Made by a program: the position numbers and the translations under genes. A model generated the notes under the pieces. It ran no database searches, was not told the DNA's origin, and was given only the letters and a program-made list of their open reading frames with translations. A stretch of DNA of 64,000 nt from a virus. Its lineage: Duplodnaviria; Caudoviricetes. Positions 28,034 through 37,930 of this stretch are shown here, piece by piece. Every line of letters begins with the position of its first letter. The stretch's first letter is position 1. The stretch lies in the IMG/VR virus record IMGVR_UViG_3300013426_000035, positions 1,329-65,328 of that record, one strand, 5' to 3'.

Positions 28034-28585
28034 TCAGTGTACAACGACCTTTGACGTTGATCCGCTAAAAGTTTTGTAGAAATAGAACGCAACAACCGCA
28101 ATAATAATCACCATGATAACGCTAAATATGATGTTTGCGGATTTATACAGTTTTCGCGTCTCCATGTCAGTACAAAACGCCTTTGTCAGCCACGCAAGCC
28201 AAGCGGCGAACATGGCAACAAGCCCAGCTGGTGCCAACCCCCAAAAAACGAAGTTTGCAAGAACCATGATAATACAGCGCATGTAGTAGCCTAAATACGC
28301 TTCTCCCACGCCTAAATGCCCTAAAAAGAATGTCAGCAGGATATATACAGCTCTGCTTTTAGGTTTGCTGTTTGGTGATAGCCATTCCCCGCAATTTAGG
28401 CATTTTTTCGCGCCCGCTGGAACGGTTGAAAAGCAGTAGGGACATTTTGCCTGATTGGATCCGATGCCGCCTTGAGCAGTGACCTTGATTTTGTTTTTAC
28501 AGCCAGCGCAAGTAATTGTTTCCCCAATGTACATTTCAGGGAGGTTATATTCTTTTTTACAACTTGGGCATATGATTTTAATCAT
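28034..28585 (-). CDS. Zn-ribbon plus TM2/NINE-like membrane protein (moron)
   Basis: CPSC..CAGC, CPYC..CLNC; KSRAVYILLTFFLGHLGV..YLG TM2-like motif. Confidence 0.7.
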   Translation of the reverse strand: MIKIICPSCKKEYNLPEMYIGETITCAGCKNKIKVTAQGGIGSNQAKCPYCFSTVPAGAKKCLNCGEWLSPNSKPKSRAVYILLTFFLGHLGVGEAYLGYYMRCIIMVLANFVFWGLAPAGLVAMFAAWLAWLTKAFCTDMETRKLYKSANIIFSVIMVIIIAVVAFYFYKTFSGSTSKVVVH

Positions 28586-28620
28586 TTCCTCTCTCTCCTT
28601 TTTGGTTTGTTTGGTTATTT

Positions 28621-28649
28621 AATATAGCATGTACAGGCGGCTGTTGCAA
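28621..28649 (-). promoter_or_regulatory. promoter TTGCAA-N17-TATATT (extended -10) for the moron
   Basis: Reverse complement of 28621-28649. Confidence 0.7.
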
Positions 28650-28695
28650 GTTGACAAACAACCTTTTTATATATAACTGACAAGGAGCTTTTGAC

Positions 28696-31293
28696 ATGGC
28701 AACAGATATTACTACACTAGCGATTGAGTGTAAAACGAACGACGCAATAAACAGTGTTGAATCGTTTACAAAAAGCATGGAAGGCGCGCGCGGAACGGCA
28801 AAAAGTCTGCTGGGAATGCTCGCGGGACTGTTTGCATCCAACGCCTTACGACAATTTAAACAAGAAAGCGTTGCGGCTTTTTCAGACATGGAAGAGGCGC
28901 GAAACAGGTTTAGCGTTACGTTTGAAAATACCATTGACAAAGCCAATGCAAGCATGGAAACATTGCGCTCGGAATTTGGACTGTCAAGGTCGGCGGCATA
29001 CAGCATGCTTGCAAGTACAGGTGACTTGCTGACTGGTTTTGGCATGACATCGGAATCCGCGCTTGATTTGTCAGAAAAGGCGGCGCGTTTGGGTATGGAC
29101 TTATACTCTTACACAAACTATGCGGGAGGCGCGGCTGGAGCAACTCAGGCGATTACGGCGGCTATGCTCGGCGAAACAGAGCGTATGAAAGGGCTCGGCG
29201 TTGTTATCCGTCAAGATTCCGACAGCTTTAAAAAAATGGTTAAAGAGCAAATGCAAACCAAAGGCGTGACGGAGTCAGTCGCAAAAGCGTTTGCAGTGTA
29301 TACCGAAATCGTCAATCAAAGTAAAAATGCTATTGGCGACTGGAATCGTCCGGGCGAAACTTTTGCACAGGTTTTGCAGGCGCAAGGTCAGCTGTTAAAC
29401 GAGTTTAAAACCAACGTCGGGGAGACATTGCAAACTCCGGTAAAGGCGTTTATGAAAAACATCAACTCCCTGCTTGAGGGCTTTAACAACCTTGACAAAT
29501 CAACGCAAAAAATGATTGTTACGATTGGCGGTGCTCTTGCTGTTTGGGGCTCTATTAGAGTGGCTGTCAGCGCGTTTAATATCGCGCAAGGATTGAGCAA
29601 TGCGTTGACTGGACAATCAGCAGCTGCAAAAGCAACGGAAACGGTGGAAACCACAAAGCAAACTGTTGCAACAGAGGCATATAATGTGGCTCTTGCAAAG
29701 CAAATCGCACTATTGCAAGCGCGGGCGGCATCAGTCGGAAAAATGCAGATGGCAAGCAATCCAGCGCCTTTTATGCTTGAAAATGCGCGTCAAGATTTGG
29801 CGTATACACAAACTCGATTCGGGCAACATCAGGCGAACCGCGCGGCAAATATCAACTCTAAAATTTGGGACCAGTATTACAATTCAGCGGCTTCCGGCAA
29901 AAATATGAGCTCGACGAGCTTGCGTATCATGCAGTCGGGAGGCAAGGGAATTGTTGACAAGGGCGTTGTATCGCTCAGAAACAACATCAAAAGCCTGAAC
30001 TCGACGGCGGCAAATACGGCTAAAAACATCGGACAGCGCCTTGTACCTCAATTTACCAATATCAATCCGGCTTTTGCGTCTGCTGGTAAACAGGTTGCTG
30101 CAACGGGCGGTAAATTGGCAATGCTTGGCAAGGCGGCGGGGGCTCTTGGCAGTATTGCGCGTGTTGCAACTGGTCCTATTGGTATGATTGGCGGCACTCT
30201 TATTGCCCTTGTTGCTCAATACAAAGATGAAATTGCGAACTGGACAGTTGACTTGTTTACAGGTGGAAAAGCGTCTGAGTATGACAAAATGATGGCAGAG
30301 CAGGAAAAAGCCGCGAACGAAAAAAAACAGAAACAAGTTGAAGAACAGCAGAAAAAAGAAGAGCTGACGCGGGAACAGCTAAAGCGACAAGAGCTTATGG
30401 AGGAACTCCAGAGGAAAGAATCTGATATCTATTACAGCGAGATGACAGTAGAAACGAAGATTTTGCGTGATAGAATGCGCCTGACAGAGCTTTCAGGTAA
30501 GTATGCTGATGTGATGAAAAAACAGAAACCGGACCTTGAAAAAGCCAATAAATTGGCAGATGAAATCAGCGAGATTTACAAGAGGATTCCGGAAAACGAA
30601 AAGCGCCTTAAACGGTCAAGGGAGGAATTGCGCAGTATCTATCTTGATTACTTGTCGAACAATGGCAATATCGACGCGGCGCAAATCTTGAATACCCGCG
30701 CAATTGAGGATACGGAAAAGCAGTTTGAAGAGGCAAAACGGAAGAACTTGCAGGGGCGAAATCCTGAAGAATATAACAGTCTTTTGCGTAAATATATAGG
30801 CTCTCTGAGTACCCGCCGACAGCTCGAAAAAAGGACGCGCGACAATGAACAGTGGTTGCTTGGCTATCAGCTTGACGCGTCTAAAACAGTGGCAGAAAAG
30901 GCAAAACTCTTGCAAGACGCATTCGCCAAATCGCTACAGCAAATGGAAATTTTTGCGGCTAATGGACAAGTGGATGCGTTTAAGGAGGCGGCTGATAGGA
31001 GCAAAAGCCTTGCACAGCAGATTGACGACTTGAGAAAAGGTGCTTCCGCGCGCTTGGGCGGCGTTATAACATCAAGCGCAAGTTTGCAATACGGCACAAT
31101 GGAAGCATACCGAGAACAGCGTCGAATTTACGAAAAAGACGGCAACAGCGAAAAGGATACCAAACAGCTGGCACGTAAGGCAAATCAGAAAGTGTTAGAC
31201 CTTATGCCACAGATGAGCAAAAACCTTGCAAAAGTGGCAGAAAAGCTCTCAAAAACCACGGAGACAAGCAGCATGCCAATTGAGTTGTATTAA
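28696..31293 (+). CDS. tail tape measure protein
   Basis: 865 aa, Ala/Gly-rich helical; after the chaperone pair. Confidence 0.85.
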   Translation: MATDITTLAIECKTNDAINSVESFTKSMEGARGTAKSLLGMLAGLFASNALRQFKQESVAAFSDMEEARNRFSVTFENTIDKANASMETLRSEFGLSRSAAYSMLASTGDLLTGFGMTSESALDLSEKAARLGMDLYSYTNYAGGAAGATQAITAAMLGETERMKGLGVVIRQDSDSFKKMVKEQMQTKGVTESVAKAFAVYTEIVNQSKNAIGDWNRPGETFAQVLQAQGQLLNEFKTNVGETLQTPVKAFMKNINSLLEGFNNLDKSTQKMIVTIGGALAVWGSIRVAVSAFNIAQGLSNALTGQSAAAKATETVETTKQTVATEAYNVALAKQIALLQARAASVGKMQMASNPAPFMLENARQDLAYTQTRFGQHQANRAANINSKIWDQYYNSAASGKNMSSTSLRIMQSGGKGIVDKGVVSLRNNIKSLNSTAANTAKNIGQRLVPQFTNINPAFASAGKQVAATGGKLAMLGKAAGALGSIARVATGPIGMIGGTLIALVAQYKDEIANWTVDLFTGGKASEYDKMMAEQEKAANEKKQKQVEEQQKKEELTREQLKRQELMEELQRKESDIYYSEMTVETKILRDRMRLTELSGKYADVMKKQKPDLEKANKLADEISEIYKRIPENEKRLKRSREELRSIYLDYLSNNGNIDAAQILNTRAIEDTEKQFEEAKRKNLQGRNPEEYNSLLRKYIGSLSTRRQLEKRTRDNEQWLLGYQLDASKTVAEKAKLLQDAFAKSLQQMEIFAANGQVDAFKEAADRSKSLAQQIDDLRKGASARLGGVITSSASLQYGTMEAYREQRRIYEKDGNSEKDTKQLARKANQKVLDLMPQMSKNLAKVAEKLSKTTETSSMPIELY

Positions 31294-31306
31294 CCTCTTT
31301 GGCGCG

Positions 31307-31336
31307 AATGCGCGGTTTTAAAATTCCGCGCATTTT
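31307..31336 (+). terminator. hairpin after tape measure gene
   Basis: AATGCGCGG / CCGCGCATT; short T tract. Confidence 0.5.
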
Positions 31337-31478
31337 ATGCCAAAAGAACGGGACTGGAGTTTTGAAGCGCTGGTTTTGCTTTAGCCACGCTTGAAAGCTC
31401 CTTTTTTTAGCTGGTTTCCGCGCCTTAGGTTGACAAGTTTTGCTATAGTGTAACAACACTTTTTAGGAGGTTTGAACC

Positions 31479-32150
31479 ATGGGTAAAGACGCGAAAAACG
31501 GAACAGCTTGCCTTGCGATTGAGGGACGAATTTTTGACGGTGAAGAACAGGCATCTGTGAACGCCCGCGAACTTTGGAAAGCTCTGGGGAGCAAAAGACA
31601 GTTTGGAAACTGGATTAAAGAGCGCCTGAGTGATTTTGTTGATGGACAAGATTACACCATTAACAAAATTGTTAACGGTGAAAATCGCGGTCGTTTTGCT
31701 CCTACAGAGTATTACATCACTCTCGATGTTGCAAAACATCTCGCAATGCTTGAGCGCAACGACGCGGGGCGCAAAATCAGACAGTATTTTATTGAGGTTG
31801 AAAAAGAGTATCGGCGAAAAGCTGAAACGCCGCGTCCGGAGCAGATTATAGCCGGAATGATTAAAAAACTCGGCTTGGCGGAAGTCGCAAATCGTTTGCG
31901 CATGTACGAGATAGCGATGGAGTATTTCCCGAAAAACGCACTTGGAACGCTTACAGGGGATGGAAAAGTTCGGGGAACCGTTCGGCGCGGCTCTAATCCG
32001 GTTCGTGGCGGCAGACCTGCAACAGTCGTAGCACAGCATCAGCTCGATTTGTTCGATTTTGCGCAGGAACATGGCATGCTGATGCTCGTTGACGATGACA
32101 AAACATCTACGTTTTATGCGCCTGTTGCAAGGGTTGTTTGCGGAGGCTAA
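31479..32150 (+). CDS. AntA/AntB-family antirepressor-like DNA-binding protein
   Basis: VNARELW..L..K..F..WIK.R; EYYITLDVAKHLAMLERN..GRKIRQYFIEVEK. Confidence 0.85.
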   Translation: MGKDAKNGTACLAIEGRIFDGEEQASVNARELWKALGSKRQFGNWIKERLSDFVDGQDYTINKIVNGENRGRFAPTEYYITLDVAKHLAMLERNDAGRKIRQYFIEVEKEYRRKAETPRPEQIIAGMIKKLGLAEVANRLRMYEIAMEYFPKNALGTLTGDGKVRGTVRRGSNPVRGGRPATVVAQHQLDLFDFAQEHGMLMLVDDDKTSTFYAPVARVVCGG

Positions 32151-32156
32151 ATAATC

Positions 32157-33218
32157 ATGGCTATCATCTACAAGTACGCAGTCGACGGAGAGACATGGAG
32201 CACGGACGCGAACGGGACTACAACCTTGACGCGCGAGCTGGTGTTTGAGCTTACAGGCGCGGACTATGGCAAGCTGGAAAGACTGTACAAGAGCGCGTCT
32301 GCTCCTCAAATCCCTGTAAAAGGCGCGGCGCATCCTAACAACGCGCTTTTTAAGGCGACTGGGGAAAAGTCTGTGCGTAAAGAGGCAGACGGCAAGAACG
32401 CTGTTGTTACTGTCAAGTATTCTTGCGATGATAGTGTAGAGGATACAAACGGGGAAAAGAAGCCTTGGGAACTCGGTTTCTCCTCCCTGTCAACATCGGT
32501 TGAAGTCATTGCAAAGCCTATGTTGCGTGATGTTACGGGAGCGCCAGTTGAATCCACATCCGGAACGGGAATTGAGGTAGTGCATGACGAAAGGCACGTT
32601 ATCTTGCGCGCAACCTATGCGGTACAGCGGTTTGACGCGGGCTGGGTTGAAAACTACAGCGGAACAGTCAACGAAAAAGAAATGCGCTTTGGTAAAAAGT
32701 TTAACCTCCGCGCTGGCATGTGGCGGATTCGGGACATTTCAGGCACGAACGTAAAAACCACGGATGACAAAGGCAAGGAAAAGTGGAACTACTACAACGT
32801 ATCAATTGAACTTGAGGGTGTTCCGTGGGTCGACGTGAACTATGAGGACTACGAAAAGTTTTATAAATACGAATCTGGGGACTGGGTTGAACTGGGGAGG
32901 GGACAGCTCAGCGGTTTTGCTATTGCTGTAGCCAATCGCTCGACGCGGATGGTTGTTGGCAGTGGCAAGAAAAAGCAGACAGTGCGTATACACCAGTGCA
33001 AAAAGACGAATTCAGAGCCTTTTTTCGGCTCCTACGAAGAGTGCTTTAAGGTCGCCTCCAATCAGACAGGCATTGAAGAGGTTTCGGAGCCTATTTGGCT
33101 TAAAATGGATGGTACACCGGAACTTCCGGACGCGGACGGTAAAGTTATCCATAACTGGCTATGTTACAAGGATTTTGTATCTAAGGACTGGTCGCCGCTG
33201 TCGTTTCCAGAAGAGTAA
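32157..33218 (+). CDS. tail-tip/baseplate hub-region protein
   Basis: First structural gene after the tape measure region. Confidence 0.5.
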   Translation: MAIIYKYAVDGETWSTDANGTTTLTRELVFELTGADYGKLERLYKSASAPQIPVKGAAHPNNALFKATGEKSVRKEADGKNAVVTVKYSCDDSVEDTNGEKKPWELGFSSLSTSVEVIAKPMLRDVTGAPVESTSGTGIEVVHDERHVILRATYAVQRFDAGWVENYSGTVNEKEMRFGKKFNLRAGMWRIRDISGTNVKTTDDKGKEKWNYYNVSIELEGVPWVDVNYEDYEKFYKYESGDWVELGRGQLSGFAIAVANRSTRMVVGSGKKKQTVRIHQCKKTNSEPFFGSYEECFKVASNQTGIEEVSEPIWLKMDGTPELPDADGKVIHNWLCYKDFVSKDWSPLSFPEE

Positions 33219-33238
33219 AAAAGTGAGGTAAGAACATC

Positions 33239-34648
33239 ATGGCAGACATACAGGTATACAAGCGCACGCCTGAGCGCGACGCGATTCTAACCGCAGTCCC
33301 GCGCCGCTCGCACGTACCCACGAAGCAGACAGTGCAGAATGTGAGCACGAGGAGGGAGGAAGAGGAAGGCGGGTATACTGGACCTTTTGAAATTTACTGC
33401 GAGGTGGTTGAGGACCCGGACGGGAATGAATCTAAAAATCAATATTTTATTGGCGTTCGGTGGCGGGATCAGAAACACAGTTCTACACCTCTTGCCGGAA
33501 TGATTTTTATTTTGCAAAATGGAACTGTTCCAAACTACAAATATATTGAATGCGAAGAAAACCTTTATAAGGCTGAATCTGATGTTTATGTTTTTTTGGA
33601 TGTTTCCAACGAAAAAATTATTTATCAGCGCGGCGATGCTGACAAAGTAGGTTTTTTCTGGGTGTATTTAGGGGCTTTTAAATGGGCATCTAAGACAATA
33701 GAACAGCCGCTTTTATTGGAACGTTTTATGTACATATCAAGAGATTCTGAATATCCAATTTTTCGATATAATGACGGAATGGTTCATATAGACAAATTAA
33801 CAATTAATATAAACGGGATTGCCCTAGATTTTCCGGCGTTTGACGGAGATTTACCGGAGGCAAAAAAATATAAATACTACTATGCAAGGCTTACTTTAAC
33901 AACAAAAAACAACGGATATTCGCCAATTTGGAATGAAGAAGAGCGGGAGGAAATGCGCGAGCAGATCAAAGAATATGAATCTACAATATTAGACCTGAAA
34001 GAGGATATGAAAGAAGATCTTAGTGATGCGGATAACTATCTTGCGGAGGCTAATTCAAACAAAAAAGCCCGTGGTGCTGTGACTGATACATATGCAACGA
34101 ATGTTTCAACCGAAAACACGAAGTATCGCAACCAAATTAATAGCTTATACTCGGAAATGGAGGCGCTGGATACTTCGTCTGAAAATTATGAATCTCAAAA
34201 AAAAGAGGTTGAGAAAAAAATAAATGATGAAGAAGAACGTCACAAAAAACGATTGCAAGAGTTGTGGAGTAAGTATAACTCCGACTACAATAGTTATACC
34301 ACAAAGATAACCACAGCTATGAGAAACTATCATAAGTCAATGGAGAAAGTTGGAAGCTATAACAGCAGGATAAATGCGGCTCAACTAAATAAGGATAAAG
34401 TTGAAATTAAATTATATGGGGTCGCTGTAGAATCGGTCGCTAAGATGGATATAATATCTTCCTATTATCAACATGGCTCAAATGATATGTATTGTTACGT
34501 TTTGTTGGGTATTATCTATGGGAGGGATATGAGTAATGACCCACGCCGCTACGAGATGTCTTCTTGGAACTGCGAGTTGTATCGAGTGAAAGGTGTTACC
34601 CATTTTTGGATTGGTAGTTCTTGCGTTATATCAGGAGATGAGCGATGA
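33239..34648 (+). CDS. tail-associated protein with central coiled coil
   Basis: GAGGT SD; position; AT-rich 3' portion. Confidence 0.5.
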   Translation: MADIQVYKRTPERDAILTAVPRRSHVPTKQTVQNVSTRREEEEGGYTGPFEIYCEVVEDPDGNESKNQYFIGVRWRDQKHSSTPLAGMIFILQNGTVPNYKYIECEENLYKAESDVYVFLDVSNEKIIYQRGDADKVGFFWVYLGAFKWASKTIEQPLLLERFMYISRDSEYPIFRYNDGMVHIDKLTININGIALDFPAFDGDLPEAKKYKYYYARLTLTTKNNGYSPIWNEEEREEMREQIKEYESTILDLKEDMKEDLSDADNYLAEANSNKKARGAVTDTYATNVSTENTKYRNQINSLYSEMEALDTSSENYESQKKEVEKKINDEEERHKKRLQELWSKYNSDYNSYTTKITTAMRNYHKSMEKVGSYNSRINAAQLNKDKVEIKLYGVAVESVAKMDIISSYYQHGSNDMYCYVLLGIIYGRDMSNDPRRYEMSSWNCELYRVKGVTHFWIGSSCVISGDER

Positions 34649-36882
34649 GCGAATATTATCTTCCTGCAAATCAAATACTTAAACCTTTACAGGTTGGGAA
34701 ATATGGAGCATTAGACAGATATAGAGATTATTACTATTCTTACTGGTTGAGCACAGCGCTTTGTCATGTTTACGAAGAAATTGTAGATATCCCACTCCTT
34801 TATGCATTTCCATTGGAATGGAAAAATGGAGCTCCAAACTATGATGATTTTGTAATGCAATCTACAATTAAAGAACGCGTTTGGGTTTGGTATGTTGATT
34901 CTGTGGCTGGCGGTAAAGATATGAGTGGCGACGGAAGTAAGGAAAATCCGTTTAGAAGCATTAATTCTGTATTAAATATACTTGCCTATTTAAACTATTA
35001 CAACCTTTGTAATAATAAATGTTTTATGATAAAGGTTAAGGGTGTTGTTGATTATGATATTGAAAATAAAGAATGTCAATGCGTTGCTGGATCGGGAGCT
35101 GTTTGTTTCGTTGAAGGCAATTACACAAAACACGTCTCTAGAAATAATGGTAGTCCCTATTTAAGAGCCAGCGCGCATTCTGTTTGGTATACAAGAATTT
35201 TGCTTAGAGGCTGGACGGATGAACAAAGAGTAAAAATTACTGGTTCGGTAGCTTTGAGCGGATGTACATTTATTGGGTGCGATTTCGAAATCCCTGAAAA
35301 AGGCTCTATTTCTGCTGGGCATGACGTGTTTGTAGACTGCTCGTTTCTGTCTAAAGAAAAAGAAGAAATTTGTTTTGATGCTGGAGTAGGAGGGTACTAT
35401 AGATTATTTGTTGAGTATGATTCTTCATCCTATGTAGATAATGCTTTCAATGCTAAGCTTTTTAGATGTAGAATTTATTTTAATGAATCTGTTGCAAGAC
35501 TTAGAGGGGCTTTGTTTGTTGAATGTGATGTATTATGTAACCCATATGGGCATTATAATGATTATTATCCTGCATTATTCTATAAAGGTAGAATTCATCT
35601 GGTTGATAATAAAGAAAAAGACGAGGAACAAAGCGTATATTTGAAGAACATTATTTTTGTTGGGGTTGAAACAATTTTTGAAGGCAGTTTTATTTTGGAA
35701 TGTTGTAGTTTTTTAAATATGAATATTTCAAAAATATCGGGTCGAATATATGGTGCAAATTTTCTCAATACTATCATCGATGTATTGGATGCAGAAGATG
35801 GTTTTACTCTTTATGTTGGTTCTGCCCTTGGCACTGATATTTGGGGGCTTTTTTATGATTCTAAAATAAAACTATTAAAAAGCAAAAGCCAAGTTCACCT
35901 TTCCGGGAATAATAATGTTTGGCTTTATGAAATGAATGGAACGTGGAATTGGGATATCAGTCTTTCTATAAAAGATCTTCCGTTCATTTTTGAATACAAA
36001 AATGAAAAAAAGAATCTTTTAGGTCTGCTTGATTTTTATCTTGAAAATGTTGAAGTTGTCGGCGAATTGTACCGCACAACTTGGACGACAATTACAACTA
36101 TAACCTATGGATTGAGTATTCTTTTTTCGTTTTCTTGTTTTGTTAACAACGTGCTATTTAAGAAAGTTAGTGGGGTAGCTTATATTAGTAATGCTATAAA
36201 TACAAATATTGAAAATGTAAAAATAGAAGAAGTTGAAGATGTTTACAATGCAACCCATACTCTTTTTAGGTTCTTTGGTTATGTGGAAAATGTTAATATA
36301 AAGCTTAATGGGGTGATTAAGGTGTATAACGTAAGAATTGCTATTTCTATTATGGGAGGCCAGAGCCATGTGATAAAAAACATAAGTATTAGAGGAATTG
36401 TTATTGATTCTTCCAATGTATCAGTTGAAGCCGCTGGATATTATACTAAGCCTGAACGGGATTGTGTTTTTGAAAATATAAATCTTGATTGCAAAATAAA
36501 ATCAACATTTTGGAATGAATATTCGAATTTAGATAAAGGAAGAGTAAGCAAGATATCATATTCTTTGTTGCCCGGCATATATAGTGGTTTTCCAGCGGTA
36601 AATATTTACAGCGAAGAAGAGTTGTCTAGGTGGCTTAATCTTGCAAGGAATATTAAAATTGATGTAACAGCTGAGAAACATGTAAATTCTGAAGAATGTG
36701 CTGGTTCGTCGTCTTCTGCCGGTTATTACTCTTTTTTGAATGGATTTGAATATACATACGAAGGCAAACGGTATCTTTATGGAGATGGAAATGTTGCTCT
36801 CTGTAGACAAATTAGGTCGCATTACTATGAGTGGCTAGATATGAGTTATGGCGAATACTTTGAGCGATTTTATGGAACATAA
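34645..36882 (+). CDS. AT-rich putative beta-helix tail protein (depolymerase/receptor-binding-like)
   Basis: YVDS..G.D.SGDGS.ENPFRSI motif typical of pectin-lyase-like domain starts; beta-repeat composition. Confidence 0.5.
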   Translation: MSEYYLPANQILKPLQVGKYGALDRYRDYYYSYWLSTALCHVYEEIVDIPLLYAFPLEWKNGAPNYDDFVMQSTIKERVWVWYVDSVAGGKDMSGDGSKENPFRSINSVLNILAYLNYYNLCNNKCFMIKVKGVVDYDIENKECQCVAGSGAVCFVEGNYTKHVSRNNGSPYLRASAHSVWYTRILLRGWTDEQRVKITGSVALSGCTFIGCDFEIPEKGSISAGHDVFVDCSFLSKEKEEICFDAGVGGYYRLFVEYDSSSYVDNAFNAKLFRCRIYFNESVARLRGALFVECDVLCNPYGHYNDYYPALFYKGRIHLVDNKEKDEEQSVYLKNIIFVGVETIFEGSFILECCSFLNMNISKISGRIYGANFLNTIIDVLDAEDGFTLYVGSALGTDIWGLFYDSKIKLLKSKSQVHLSGNNNVWLYEMNGTWNWDISLSIKDLPFIFEYKNEKKNLLGLLDFYLENVEVVGELYRTTWTTITTITYGLSILFSFSCFVNNVLFKKVSGVAYISNAINTNIENVKIEEVEDVYNATHTLFRFFGYVENVNIKLNGVIKVYNVRIAISIMGGQSHVIKNISIRGIVIDSSNVSVEAAGYYTKPERDCVFENINLDCKIKSTFWNEYSNLDKGRVSKISYSLLPGIYSGFPAVNIYSEEELSRWLNLARNIKIDVTAEKHVNSEECAGSSSSAGYYSFLNGFEYTYEGKRYLYGDGNVALCRQIRSHYYEWLDMSYGEYFERFYGT

Positions 36883-36891
36883 GGAGGTTTT

Positions 36892-37311
36892 ATGTTTAAC
36901 CAAGAAAAATGCCCTGTCTGCTCAGCGCGCAGGGAGCGCGCTGAAATGATGTGGCGAAACATGAACGATATTTCGGCTTTTGTGCAACGGAGCAACGGGA
37001 CATTGACGCAAGATTCTTGCGTTTTGTGCGTGGAAAAACATGTCTCAGACGCGAGAACGGCAATGCGCAAAACGCGGGAAGAAACGGATGAAACGAAACG
37101 CGAAATCTTGCGACTTGACGTAATCGGTAACTTGCGAGAGGCGACGGATGAAGCGACGGCATTTCCGGAATTGCATGACTTTTTAGCTGTTTCGGAGCGC
37201 GATTACAGGTACAACGGCAACGCACCGGATTGGGTTAAAGTTGCAGAGCTGATTGTCGCGGCTAAACGGGCGCAAGAAACGCAAGAAGACGCGCGGGCGG
37301 TGATTGTATGA
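36892..37311 (+). CDS. hypothetical protein, paralogue of 37308-37868
   Basis: Shared ATD.A..FP.LH.FL...ER.....G..PD motif. Confidence 0.6.
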   Translation: MFNQEKCPVCSARRERAEMMWRNMNDISAFVQRSNGTLTQDSCVLCVEKHVSDARTAMRKTREETDETKREILRLDVIGNLREATDEATAFPELHDFLAVSERDYRYNGNAPDWVKVAELIVAAKRAQETQEDARAVIV

Positions 37312-37868
37312 TACGCAAGGATCTCAACGTTACAACGCCTGTAAAAACGCAAAAAACGGCAAGCCTGAAAACGACAGAAGTTGAGATTTGCGCGGAATGC
37401 GGACAGCCAGTTGTTGACTACACTAAACAGCTACACGGGATTGACGCGGAATGGCGCGGCTATCGGCGAATGTCGGGGCGTTTCGGGGAGGGGGATTTTG
37501 ACTTGATACGCGATGTCGTGCGAGAAAACAACCTTGTCCGGAACGACGCGACGGCGGGCATGTTGCATGGTGTGGAAATGCACATTGCCAATGCCTTGAC
37601 GTTGCTTAAAGAGCTTGCGAGTGCAACGAGCGCGACGGCAATAGAGGCGAGAACAGAATTGCAGTCAGACGCGAGAATCAAGGGGGAAAAGAACCTTATC
37701 AAGATACTTTATCACCTGCAATTTGCCACGGATTGCGCGAGCGGATTTCCGGCGCTTCATGCGTTTTTGCTGAAAGCGGAACGTGTGTTTGAAGCGGAGG
37801 GTGTGTTTCCGGATTTGGGGAAATTTACGGCATTGCTGAAAGAGGCTCGTTCTGCCCTCACTGGTTGA
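37308..37868 (+). CDS. hypothetical protein, paralogue of 36892-37311
   Basis: Same shared motif; ATGA overlap. Confidence 0.6.
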   Translation: MIRKDLNVTTPVKTQKTASLKTTEVEICAECGQPVVDYTKQLHGIDAEWRGYRRMSGRFGEGDFDLIRDVVRENNLVRNDATAGMLHGVEMHIANALTLLKELASATSATAIEARTELQSDARIKGEKNLIKILYHLQFATDCASGFPALHAFLLKAERVFEAEGVFPDLGKFTALLKEARSALTG

Positions 37869-37930
37869 CAAGTTTCCCCTGTTTTGAAGCGACTAGTCAA
37901 TCATAAAACCATACCGGAAAGGGCTTGAAA

